Source: an uncultured Mucilaginibacter sp.
GTDB taxonomy: Bacteria > Bacteroidota > Bacteroidia > Sphingobacteriales > Sphingobacteriaceae
DNA length: 39,525 nt
Direction: 5' to 3'
NCBI GenBank assembly: GCA_903885865.1
Contig: CAISKH010000570.1
Coordinates: 1-39,525, forward strand
Position numbers and translations under genes: made by a program
The notes under the pieces: generated by a model
The model's database searches: none
What the model saw: the letters and a program-made list of their open reading frames with translations, nothing else
Told to the model about the DNA's origin: nothing
Shown here: one piece after another, positions 29,259 through 37,728 of the stretch
Layout: every line of letters starts with the position of its first letter
Numbering within the stretch: the first letter of the stretch is position 1

Positions 29259-30482
29259 CTACGCCTCTATAAATTCCAAATCGGTACCATAAGTTTCTTC
29301 AATAAACCAGGCCGCGGTAATACCTGTTGCAAATATTATTAGCCCTGTTACCCAGCCGCCTGTAACGTAATCATGAAAAATATACCTGGTAAATTTAAAT
29401 AACAGTATCATCAACGGCAAAGTGCCCCTAACCATATTAGGGATGCTTATACCTGCCGATGCACGTAAATTGGTGCCAAATTGTTCAACGCTCATTGTAA
29501 TGTACACTACGCTTAACCCGGCGCCGAAGCCCAGGCCCGCGCAAATAAAGTAGAACCAGGCCGGACCATTACCGTGCTGCAAAAAATAAAACACTGTAAA
29601 TAACATGGCGATGCCATAAAAAATGAACAATGTTTTTTTGCGGCTTTGCAAACGGTGGCTCAACCAGCCCACACTAAAATCGCCGGCTGCAATGGCCAAA
29701 TACAAATACATGATGGCAGTGCCTGGTTCAACGCCATTTACGCCCATCACCTTAGCAAACTGATCAGAAAAAGTAACCAGAATACCAATAATATACCACA
29801 CAGGTAAGCCTATCAATATACATTGCATATATTTTGCAAAGCGCCTGCGGTTGTTAAAAAACATCAGGAAGTTCCCTTTGCTAATAGTCGTATGCCGCAC
29901 CTGTTTAAATAAGTTGCTCTCCTTAACCTGCACACGCAGTAATAACAGCAAAATACCAAGCGCACCGCCTATATAATAACACGTGCGCCAGTGGACCATT
30001 TTACTGATAACCGATGCAGCAACCACACCAAATAAGCCAAAACCTGCAATTAAACCCGCCGCCATGCTGCGTTTTTCTTTTGGTAGCAATTCGCTTACTA
30101 ATGTTATGCCTGCGCCAAGTTCGCCGGAAAGGCCCACACCGGCAATAAACCTTAACAATATATATTGGTTTAATGTGCCAACCATGCCATTTAAAATATT
30201 GGCAATAGAATAGAGGAGTATGGAGCCAAACAAAACCTTAAGCCGTCCATTTTTATCACCCAGTATTCCGAATATGATACCGCCTATTACCATCCCGATC
30301 ATTTGTATGCTGATGAGCAATTCGCCTTTAGATAATACTTCGGCAGGGTTTAAACCGAGTGAGGCCAGGCTGGGTTTGCGTATGATGGCAAACAGGAGCA
30401 GATCGTAGGTATCAACAAAAAAGCCAAGTGCGCTAACTATTACGGCGAGTTGGAAGATGCTTGTTGAGGGTTTGGTGGTCAT
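29259..30482 (-). CDS. MFS transporter
   Basis: Motif A GILGDKNGRLK; RFIAGVGLSGE; EQFGTNLRAS; about 12 TM segments. Confidence 0.92.
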   Translation of the reverse strand: MTTKPSTSIFQLAVIVSALGFFVDTYDLLLFAIIRKPSLASLGLNPAEVLSKGELLISIQMIGMVIGGIIFGILGDKNGRLKVLFGSILLYSIANILNGMVGTLNQYILLRFIAGVGLSGELGAGITLVSELLPKEKRSMAAGLIAGFGLFGVVAASVISKMVHWRTCYYIGGALGILLLLLRVQVKESNLFKQVRHTTISKGNFLMFFNNRRRFAKYMQCILIGLPVWYIIGILVTFSDQFAKVMGVNGVEPGTAIMYLYLAIAAGDFSVGWLSHRLQSRKKTLFIFYGIAMLFTVFYFLQHGNGPAWFYFICAGLGFGAGLSVVYITMSVEQFGTNLRASAGISIPNMVRGTLPLMILLFKFTRYIFHDYVTGGWVTGLIIFATGITAAWFIEETYGTDLEFIEA

Positions 30483-30561
30483 GGGTAAAGATTGGTTTTT
30501 TTGCTGTTGCAAAGACTATTAATCAAAAGACGAAAATACACCTAATCTTCAATCTTTAAAC

Positions 30562-31140
30562 CTAACTTTTCATTTTCTTAAGCAGGCTCTCAATAACCTT
30601 CGGGAAATGCTGATGCTCTAATTGCTGCCCTTTAAATTTTACCATTTCGAGGTTATCGCCGGGTTCGATCCTGAATTTTGATTGATGGATGATCTCGCCC
30701 TCATCAAATTGTTCGTTTACAAAGTGAATTGTAATGCCCGATTCTTCCTCATTTGCCGCCATTACGGCTTTATGTACATGGTCGCCATACATGCCCTGTC
30801 CGCCATATTTAGGTAGCAGCGCGGGGTGAAGGTTGATAATCTTGTTAGGAAAACTTTTTAACAGTGAGGGTGGTATGAGCCATAAAAAACCGGCCAGGAC
30901 AATCAAATCAACCTGCAGGGTTTTTAGGATCCTTATCACATCATCTGTTTCATAAAATTCATAACGGGTAAAAATATGCGATGGTATTTCAAAATTATCG
31001 GCCCGCTGCAATACATAGGCCTGTGGATTGTTGGTGAGTATCAATACTACTTCGGCTTCTGTGTTGCGTTTAAAATGCTCCATTATTTTTTGAGCATTCG
31101 ATCCTGATCCTGAAGCAAAAATGGCAATTCGTTTTTTCAA
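30562..31140 (-). CDS. purN: Phosphoribosylglycinamide formyltransferase
   Basis: ASGSGSNA, LAGF, NLHPALLP, GITIHFV; TTG start. Confidence 0.97.
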   Translation of the reverse strand: MKKRIAIFASGSGSNAQKIMEHFKRNTEAEVVLILTNNPQAYVLQRADNFEIPSHIFTRYEFYETDDVIRILKTLQVDLIVLAGFLWLIPPSLLKSFPNKIINLHPALLPKYGGQGMYGDHVHKAVMAANEEESGITIHFVNEQFDEGEIIHQSKFRIEPGDNLEMVKFKGQQLEHQHFPKVIESLLKKMKS

Positions 31141-31166
31141 AACGGCGAATGTATTTTATGATGACC

Positions 31167-31174
31167 CAAATATA
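31167..31174 (-). promoter_or_regulatory. -7 promoter element (TATATTTG) for purN
   Basis: TAnnTTTG on the minus strand, 26 bp upstream of the start. Confidence 0.6.
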
Positions 31175-31195
31175 AACGTTTACTTATTTTAATCA

Positions 31196-31699
31196 CTATT
31201 TAATAGATGAGTTTTGGCGAATAAAACCATAACGTGTAACCTTTCGCTTTGTTGACGAGGTATAATTTTGTAAATCGCCGGTTAGCAATACCAATGAGTA
31301 TTGGCCTATATTATAGATTTGCGCCGTTGCAAATGGTTTTGAACTACCTGCGGCAGTAGTGTCTTTACAAACTATATCAGAATTTAAATACAACTGATCG
31401 GAAGACAACGACCAATGGCCGCTGGCAGTAGGCTGGTGCCTGCAATCGAAATTGGTATAGGTGCAGGTATTATCTGCATTAAAGGTAAATAGCTGGGTAG
31501 TATCACATTTGGTATTTAACGTATCAGCAAATTTTACAGTATCGCCCACAAACACGGTTTCATTTATTGAAGCCAGCTGCCAGGTACCATTGGCGAATAG
31601 CGCCTGTATAGACGTTTGCTTATCCTTTTTACAGGAATTGCTCAGCAGGTTGAGCAATAGCAAACCCGATACAAATAATAATGGTATTTTATTTTTCAT
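31196..31699 (-). CDS. Lipoprotein, lipocalin-like domain
   Basis: Signal with lipobox-like SNSC followed by KKD; GTWQL motif. Confidence 0.8.
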   Translation of the reverse strand: MKNKIPLLFVSGLLLLNLLSNSCKKDKQTSIQALFANGTWQLASINETVFVGDTVKFADTLNTKCDTTQLFTFNADNTCTYTNFDCRHQPTASGHWSLSSDQLYLNSDIVCKDTTAAGSSKPFATAQIYNIGQYSLVLLTGDLQNYTSSTKRKVTRYGFIRQNSSIK

Positions 31700-31819
31700 T
31701 AAAAACAGGTGGTACAAAAATAAAAATTCGCGGCTATTGAAAGGTAACCAACGGCAATTATAACTGTTTTAAATCACTATTATTTTAGCGGGTAATTTTT
31801 AAGCTATTATATTTGCCTT

Positions 31820-32809
31820 ATGCGTGTACCATTTGAACAACTTAAAGCCGAATTTAAACGAGTATTGATTGGCCTTAACTTCCCTGATGAAAAAGCCGGA
31901 CTATGTGCCCAGGTTTTTGCCGAAAATAGCCGCGACGGCGTTTATACACATGGGCTGAACCGGTTCCCTACTTTTGTAAGTTATATAAAGGAAGGGGTGA
32001 TAGACGCCAATGCAGTGCCAACTAAAGTAAACTCCTTTGGCGCCCTTGAGCAATGGGATGGCAATTTAGGGCCCGGAATGTTGAACGCCGGCTTTTGTAT
32101 GGACCGGGCCATTGCTCTCGCAAAAGAATATGGCATAGGCTGCGTTGCCATTAAGAACACCAATCACTGGATGCGCGGCGGCACCTATGGCTGGCAGGCT
32201 GCGGAGGCGGGCTATATCAGCATAAGTTTTACCAACGCGTTGGCAATAGTAGTGCCCTGGGGCGGGACGACTGCTACACTGGCTAATAACCCTATGGTGA
32301 TTGCTGTTCCGCGAAAGGAAGGGCATATTGTGCTTGATATGGCTATTTCGCAATATTCGTATGGCAAGGTGCTGCAATACAAGAGTTATAACGAACAATT
32401 GCCGGTGCCCGGCGGGTATGACAGTGACGGTAATATAACCCACGACCCGGTAGCTATTGCAGCATCAAAAAGACTGCTCCCCATTGGTTTTTGGAAAGGC
32501 TCAGGATTAACGATGATGATCGATCTGTTGGTTACTGTATTGAGCCAGGGGCGGTCGGTGAAACAGATAAGCGAGCGTAACACAGAGTCGGGTGCGTCGC
32601 AGGTATTCATCGCTATAAAGCCGCAGGATACCCAACAAACTCACGGTCTGATAGAAGAAATATTAAACTACACCAAGAGCAGCCCACCGGTAAACCCGGA
32701 TAAACCCGTAGTATACCCCGGTGAAAATACGCTGAAAACGAGGAATAAAAATTTAAACGAAGGGGTTTTGGTGGATGAGAAAATCTGGGATGAAGTGAAG
32801 AGACTTTAA
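31820..32809 (+). CDS. yiaK: 3-dehydro-L-gulonate 2-dehydrogenase (Ldh2/YiaK family)
   Basis: DGVYTHGLNRF, NTNHWMRGGTYGW, PIGFWKGSGL, YPGE. Confidence 0.9.
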   Translation: MRVPFEQLKAEFKRVLIGLNFPDEKAGLCAQVFAENSRDGVYTHGLNRFPTFVSYIKEGVIDANAVPTKVNSFGALEQWDGNLGPGMLNAGFCMDRAIALAKEYGIGCVAIKNTNHWMRGGTYGWQAAEAGYISISFTNALAIVVPWGGTTATLANNPMVIAVPRKEGHIVLDMAISQYSYGKVLQYKSYNEQLPVPGGYDSDGNITHDPVAIAASKRLLPIGFWKGSGLTMMIDLLVTVLSQGRSVKQISERNTESGASQVFIAIKPQDTQQTHGLIEEILNYTKSSPPVNPDKPVVYPGENTLKTRNKNLNEGVLVDEKIWDEVKRL

Positions 32810-32893
32810 ACTACCTGGTCCACCTGGTCCAGGTTATGGCCTGTAAATATAAAGGCTTCCAAAGTCTGGTATTAATATTATATTTGTATTATA

Positions 32894-33187
32894 ATGCAGC
32901 TATCAGTTAATGACATACAAATAGTAAAGGATTATTTTTCGGAGCAACCGGTGATAAAGGCCTATTTATTTGGCTCATTTTCCCGGAGTGAAGCTGATGA
33001 TAATAGTGATGTGGATATATTAGTCGACCTGGATTATTCAAAACATATCGGGCTTGGATTTGTGACTATGCAATCAGAACTTCAGCAAAAGCTGCATAAA
33101 AAAATAGACCTTATCTCATCTAAAGCCGTTTCAAAATATATAAAGCCTTTTATCGAAAAAGACAAAGTTTTGATTTATGAAAGGTAA
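32894..33187 (+). CDS. Minimal nucleotidyltransferase antitoxin (MntA-like)
   Basis: FGSFSR..DVD (GSx10DxD); overlaps the downstream HEPN gene. Confidence 0.9.
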   Translation: MQLSVNDIQIVKDYFSEQPVIKAYLFGSFSRSEADDNSDVDILVDLDYSKHIGLGFVTMQSELQQKLHKKIDLISSKAVSKYIKPFIEKDKVLIYER

Positions 33188-33521
33188 AATTGGCGACCGG
33201 CAGCGGTTACTTCATATCTTAGAAGCGATCAACGAAATTCAGCTTTATACCTCAAAAACAGATTTAAAATCTTTTCTTAAAAACTCGATGATGCGATTTG
33301 CCTGCGTCAAACAAATTGAAATAATTGGCGAGGCAGCGAATACAATAACTCCCGAAACAAGGGCCATTTTTACTGATTTGGAATGGAAGCAGATAATAGG
33401 TATGCGCCACATTCTCGTTCATGAATATTTTGGTGTAGATTTCGATCTCGTTTGGCAAGTTATTATTGATGATCTTCCCAACTTGAAAGAGAAAACCCTT
33501 AAAGCAATCGATACATTATAA
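33177..33521 (+). CDS. HEPN/DUF86 ribonuclease toxin (HepT-like)
   Basis: EIIGEAA; RHILVHEY (Rx4HxY). Confidence 0.9.
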   Translation: MKGKIGDRQRLLHILEAINEIQLYTSKTDLKSFLKNSMMRFACVKQIEIIGEAANTITPETRAIFTDLEWKQIIGMRHILVHEYFGVDFDLVWQVIIDDLPNLKEKTLKAIDTL

Positions 33522-33527
33522 TTCGTA

Positions 33528-34250
33528 TTATCCCATCATCCCCTCAAACTTTTCCCAAAAACCATCCTTCGGCACGGGCGCAATAATTAGTATCGGTTCT
33601 TTTTTTATAGGATGAATGAATTGCAGTTTCCGGGCATGCAGGCAAATGCTTTTGCGCAGGCTGCCGCGCGGGTAGCCGTATTTGTTATCGCCCACTATGG
33701 GGCAGCCCAGGGTTGAAAGCTGTACCCGTATCTGGTGCGGGCGGCCGGTTATGGGGTCAACCTCAATTAAATAATAGCCTTCAAGTTCGCCAACCAGTTT
33801 ATAGTGCAGTTCGGCCCGTGAACTACCCGGTACTTCGTGGTCGTGTGCTTTAGTTACGTTTTTCTGCGGGTTTTTTATCAGCCAGTGAACCAATGTGCCT
33901 GATTCAGGAACCGGTTTTTTGCGCACAACTGCATAATAGGTTTTATGCATTTCGCGTGCCTTGAACATTTTGTTTATCCGCTCAAGCGCCTTGCTGGTTT
34001 TGGCAAACAGGATAACGCCGCTCACGGGCCTGTCCAGCCGGTGTACCACGCCCAAAAAAGCGCCGTTAGGCTTATTGTATTTTTGCGCTATATATTTCTT
34101 TACTTTATCATCCAGCGATTCATCACCCGTATCATCTACCTGCACAATATCGCCGGCGCGTTTATTTACAGCTATAAGGTGGTTATCCTCATAAAGAATA
34201 TCCTTATCGGTAATATCGTAATTGGTATAGTGAAATTCGGGTCGGGCCAT
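33528..34250 (-). CDS. RluA-family pseudouridine synthase
   Basis: ILYED..NK; HRLD; TGRPHQIR; PIVGD.KYG; LHA. Confidence 0.95.
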   Translation of the reverse strand: MARPEFHYTNYDITDKDILYEDNHLIAVNKRAGDIVQVDDTGDESLDDKVKKYIAQKYNKPNGAFLGVVHRLDRPVSGVILFAKTSKALERINKMFKAREMHKTYYAVVRKKPVPESGTLVHWLIKNPQKNVTKAHDHEVPGSSRAELHYKLVGELEGYYLIEVDPITGRPHQIRVQLSTLGCPIVGDNKYGYPRGSLRKSICLHARKLQFIHPIKKEPILIIAPVPKDGFWEKFEGMMG

Positions 34251-34257
34251 ATTATTT

Positions 34258-34292
34258 AGTCGGGAAGTCGGAAAGACCGTAAGTCCGTAAGT
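34258..34292 (+). repeat. Octamer tandem array
   Basis: AGTCGGGA AGTCGGAA AGACCGTA AGTCCGTA AGT. Confidence 0.7.
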
Positions 34293-34300
34293 GTTTTATT

Positions 34301-34326
34301 GCTCCCCCTTCAGGGGGCAGGGGGGC
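34301..34326. repeat. REP-like GC hairpin directly after the panB stop
   Basis: GCTCCCCCTTCAGGGGGCAGGGGGG; near-identical reverse complement at 37664-37688. Confidence 0.8.
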
Positions 34327-35142
34327 TTAGTATTGCTCACTCTCATTCGGGAAATCTTTCGCTTTTACATCGCTCACATAATTTTTAATAGCGCCGCTCA
34401 TCACATCGGATAAGTTGGCATACTGACGCAGGAAACGCGGTTTAAAACCTTTGTTTATACCCAGCATATCATGTATCACCAACACCTGGCCGTCGCAATA
34501 CTGCCCTGCGCCGATGCCTATAGTGGGTATTTGCAAACTTTCAGACACTTCCTTAGCCAACGTTGCAGGTATTTTCTCTAATACTATGCCAAAACAGCCC
34601 AGCTCCTGTAGTTTTAGTGCATCTTCCCTTAGTTTTTGCGCCTCGGTGGCTTCTTTGGCGCGTACAGTGTAGGTGCCAAATTTGTAAATAGATTGCGGCG
34701 TTAAACCCAAATGCCCCATAACGGGGATACCTGCGGTTAATATCCGGCTCACCGATTCGGCAATTTCAACCCCGCCCTCAATTTTTACTCCATGCGCGCC
34801 CGATTCTTTCATAATGCGGATGGCCGAGTTCAATGCTTCTTTCGAATTTCCCTGGTAGGTGCCAAAAGGCAGGTCGACAATAACCAGCGCGCGTTTGGCC
34901 GCGCGTACTACTGCCGAAGCGTGGTATATCATTTGGTCGAGCGTAATAGGCAGTGTAGTTTCATGGCCAGCCATAACGTTTGATGCCGAGTCGCCCACCA
35001 AAATAATATCCATACCTGCCTCATCAACAATAGTTGCCATGGAGTAATCGTACGCGGTAAGCATGGCTATCTTTTCGCCGCGGTTCTTCATTTCCTGCAG
35101 GGTATGTACGGTAATTCGTTTTACTTCTTTATTTACAGACAT
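34327..35142 (-). CDS. panB: 3-methyl-2-oxobutanoate hydroxymethyltransferase
   Basis: [37 protein letters not shown]. Start at ATG 35142, because the ORF-track start at 35166 falls in the promoter. Confidence 0.97.
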   Translation of the reverse strand: MSVNKEVKRITVHTLQEMKNRGEKIAMLTAYDYSMATIVDEAGMDIILVGDSASNVMAGHETTLPITLDQMIYHASAVVRAAKRALVIVDLPFGTYQGNSKEALNSAIRIMKESGAHGVKIEGGVEIAESVSRILTAGIPVMGHLGLTPQSIYKFGTYTVRAKEATEAQKLREDALKLQELGCFGIVLEKIPATLAKEVSESLQIPTIGIGAGQYCDGQVLVIHDMLGINKGFKPRFLRQYANLSDVMSGAIKNYVSDVKAKDFPNESEQY

Positions 35143-35163
35143 GGCTGGTTGATTAAGATTGGG

Positions 35164-35171
35164 CAAAGTTA
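35164..35171 (-). promoter_or_regulatory. -7 promoter element (TAACTTTG) for panB
   Basis: TAnnTTTG on the minus strand. Confidence 0.7.
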
Positions 35172-35177
35172 TTATTT

Positions 35178-35295
35178 TTTATTTCGGATTTCGGAAGTGG
35201 GATTTCGGATTTGTTTTATGTTGAGTATATTTTTTAATAGGTACGCTAAAAGCTATATAAAATTCCGAAATCCCACTTCCGAAATCCGAAATAAA
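35178..35295. repeat. Perfect 32-bp inverted repeat built from ATTTCGG heptamers, with a 54-bp spacer
   Basis: TTTATTTCGGATTTCGGAAGTGGGATTTCGGA (35178-35209) and its exact reverse complement (35264-35295). Confidence 0.92.
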
Positions 35296-35298
35296 TCC

Positions 35299-35306
35299 TA
35301 CTTTTG
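35299..35306 (+). promoter_or_regulatory. -7 promoter element (TACTTTTG) for carA
   Basis: TAnnTTTG followed by CA. Confidence 0.7.
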
Positions 35307-35396
35307 CATTGTGAAAAAAGCAGTTATATCAAACTCTTTTTACGGCGCGTCGCACCCAACCAGCCGTTATTTTAACCATTCAATTTATTTACGCAA

Positions 35397-36497
35397 ATGA
35401 CCTATTTCACCAAATTACCGGCGGTATTATTATTGGCTGACGGAACTGTTTTTTATGGCAAAGCCGCCGGAAAAATAGGAACCACTGCCGGCGAAATATG
35501 TTTTAATACCGGCATGACCGGTTACCAGGAAATTTTTACAGATCCATCCTATTTCGGGCAGATCATGGTGGCCACCAACGCGCATATAGGTAATTATGGT
35601 ATTGCGAAGGAAGAAGTAGAGTCCGGGAACATTCAAATTGCCGGGCTGGTATGCAAAAATTATAATATCGCTTATAGCCGCAAACAGGCTGATGAGAGCA
35701 TACAGGATTATTTCCAGGAACAAAATATAGTAGGAATATCGGATATTGATACCCGCGAGTTGGTGCGCCATATACGGGATAAGGGAGCAATGAACGCCAT
35801 TATATCATCGGAAATACTGGATATAGAGGAACTGAAAAACAAACTGGCAGAAGTGCCGTCAATGGATGGTTTGGAGCTGTCGTCACAAGTATCAACTAAA
35901 GAAACCTATACGTTCGGCGATGAAAGCGCGCCTTACCGCGTAGCTGTTTTAGATTTGGGTGTAAAGAAAAACATCCTGCGTAATTTTGACGACCGGGAAG
36001 TTTATGCTAAAGTATACCCGGCTAAAACTACCTTCGCCGAAATGGAAAAGGATTTCGCGCCAACGGGTTATTTTATCTCTAACGGCCCCGGCGACCCGGC
36101 AGCTATGCCTTATGCTATAGATACCGTAAAAGATATTTTAGCGGCGGGTAAACCCATGTTTGGTATTTGTTTAGGTCACCAACTATTGGCTTTGGCTAAT
36201 GATATCCCCACTAAAAAAATGTTTAATGGTCACCGCGGGTTGAACCACCCGGTGAAAAATATTATTATCAACCATTGCGAGGTAACCTCACAGAATCATG
36301 GTTTTGGGGTAGTGCCGGAGGCGGTGCGCGCGTCGGATAAAGTAGAGATAACCCATGTTAACCTGAACGACCAATCCATCGAAGGCATTCGGGTAAAGGG
36401 TAAAAAGGCATTCTCGGTGCAGTATCACCCCGAATCATCGCCTGGCCCGCATGATAGCCGGTATTTGTTTGATGATTTTATTAAGTTGATGCGTTAG
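35397..36497 (+). CDS. carA: Carbamoyl-phosphate synthase small subunit
   Basis: FNTGMTGYQE, SNGPGDP, GICLGHQ, SQNHG, QYHPE. Confidence 0.98.
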   Translation: MTYFTKLPAVLLLADGTVFYGKAAGKIGTTAGEICFNTGMTGYQEIFTDPSYFGQIMVATNAHIGNYGIAKEEVESGNIQIAGLVCKNYNIAYSRKQADESIQDYFQEQNIVGISDIDTRELVRHIRDKGAMNAIISSEILDIEELKNKLAEVPSMDGLELSSQVSTKETYTFGDESAPYRVAVLDLGVKKNILRNFDDREVYAKVYPAKTTFAEMEKDFAPTGYFISNGPGDPAAMPYAIDTVKDILAAGKPMFGICLGHQLLALANDIPTKKMFNGHRGLNHPVKNIIINHCEVTSQNHGFGVVPEAVRASDKVEITHVNLNDQSIEGIRVKGKKAFSVQYHPESSPGPHDSRYLFDDFIKLMR

Positions 36498-36498
36498 A

Positions 36499-36533
36499 CC
36501 CCTCTAAATCTCCCCCGGTAGGGGAGACTTTTT
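36499..36533 (+). repeat. REP-like hairpin / possible terminator after carA
   Basis: CCCCTCTAAA-TCTCCCC-CGGTA-GGGGAGA-CTTTTT. Confidence 0.7.
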
Positions 36534-36787
36534 AATACATTTGCATCGTAAGATTAATTGCCGTCTGTTTTAACCGAGGATAGCGGATTAATTCACCCAT
36601 TTCACCGATAAAATCCCCCATTTTACCTAATAACCATGTGTGGTTGTTGGTTTAGCAGGCATTTTTGCCTTATAAATCGCAACGTAAAATGATAACTTTA
36701 TTAACCACACCTGCAATACTAACACTCGCTAAGTTTATTGCCCATGCGGCTTCAGCTATTTATTTGTTGGGCCATATGGTAAAATAA

Positions 36788-36819
36788 TTATAGCGATGGG
36801 TTTAAACCCATCGCTATAA
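36788..36819. repeat. Perfect 32-bp palindrome (REP-like)
   Basis: TTATAGCGATGGGTTT|AAACCCATCGCTATAA. Confidence 0.9.
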
Positions 36820-36898
36820 AATTATTTTTTACAATTTCCTGTAAAAAGTAATTCAGTAAACTCATTGATATTCCAATTTTCTGCACCATTTTTACACC

Positions 36899-37663
36899 AT
36901 GGCAAAACAACCCATTATTACGGTAAAAAACCTGGTAAAAAACTACGGCGATTTCCATGCCGTAAAGGGCATCAGCTTTGACGTAGCTGAGGGCGAGATA
37001 TTTGGCCTGCTTGGCCCCAACGGCGCAGGAAAAACCACCACTCTCGAAATTATAGAAACCCTGCGCGACAAAACATCGGGCGAAATTTTTGTTGATGGCT
37101 TTAATATTGAAACCGATGCTGCGGCAATTAAAAAGCGCATCGGCGTACAGCTACAGTCGGCGGGCTACTACCCTAATTTAAATCTTTCAGAGCTCATTAA
37201 ACTTTTCTGCGGCCTGTATGGCATTGATAAAACGCCTATGGAAATGCTGGAAAAAGTGGCCCTTACCGATAAAGCTAAATCAAAATACAAAGAATTGTCA
37301 GGCGGGCAAAAACAGCGGTTCTCTATTGCCACTACCTTAATAAATGATCCGCGTATAGTTTTTTTGGATGAGCCTACTACTGGCCTCGACCCCCAGGCGC
37401 GCCGTAACTTATGGGACCTGATACGCGGCATACGCGACCAGGGAACCACCGTAGTGATCACCACGCATTATATGGATGAAGCCGAAGTGCTTTGCGACCG
37501 CGTTGCATTTATTGACGGCGGCAATATTATAGGCATAGACACGCCCGATCATTTTATTGATAAACTGGTAGCATCGGGTTTTGAACGTAAAAAGGAAGTG
37601 AAGCTGGCCAACCTCGAAGATGTATTTATTAATATGACGGGTAAGGAGTGGAGAGCAGAGTAA
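36899..37663 (+). CDS. ABC-2 type transporter ATP-binding protein
   Basis: GPNGAGKT, LSGGQ, FLDEPT, TTHYM. Confidence 0.95.
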   Translation: MAKQPIITVKNLVKNYGDFHAVKGISFDVAEGEIFGLLGPNGAGKTTTLEIIETLRDKTSGEIFVDGFNIETDAAAIKKRIGVQLQSAGYYPNLNLSELIKLFCGLYGIDKTPMEMLEKVALTDKAKSKYKELSGGQKQRFSIATTLINDPRIVFLDEPTTGLDPQARRNLWDLIRGIRDQGTTVVITTHYMDEAEVLCDRVAFIDGGNIIGIDTPDHFIDKLVASGFERKKEVKLANLEDVFINMTGKEWRAE

Positions 37664-37688
37664 CCCCCCGACCCCCTAAAGGGGGAGC
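37664..37688. repeat. REP-like GC hairpin directly after the ABC ATPase stop
   Basis: CCCCCCGACCCCCTAAAGGGGGAGC; same family as 34301-34326. Confidence 0.8.
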
Positions 37689-37691
37689 AAT

Positions 37692-37728
37692 TAATGACGC
37701 GATAAACTAATGACCAATGACTAATGAC
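37692..37728 (+). repeat. Heptamer array YAATGAC providing the permease ATG
   Basis: TAATGAC .. TAATGAC CAATGAC TAATGAC. Confidence 0.7.

Noticed and set aside
35178-35295. Classic Bacteroides-type invertible promoter
   Set aside because: Both -7 boxes lie outside the inverted repeats and no recombinase is nearby, so inversion would not flip a promoter.
35104-35400. 98-aa ORF upstream of carA
   Set aside because: It runs through the promoters and heptamer arms (FRISEVGFRI / RNPTSEIRN are translated repeats), so it is spurious.
35397-36497. carA without an adjacent carB as a sign of gene loss
   Set aside because: carA and carB are often unlinked in Bacteroidota, and carA is intact.
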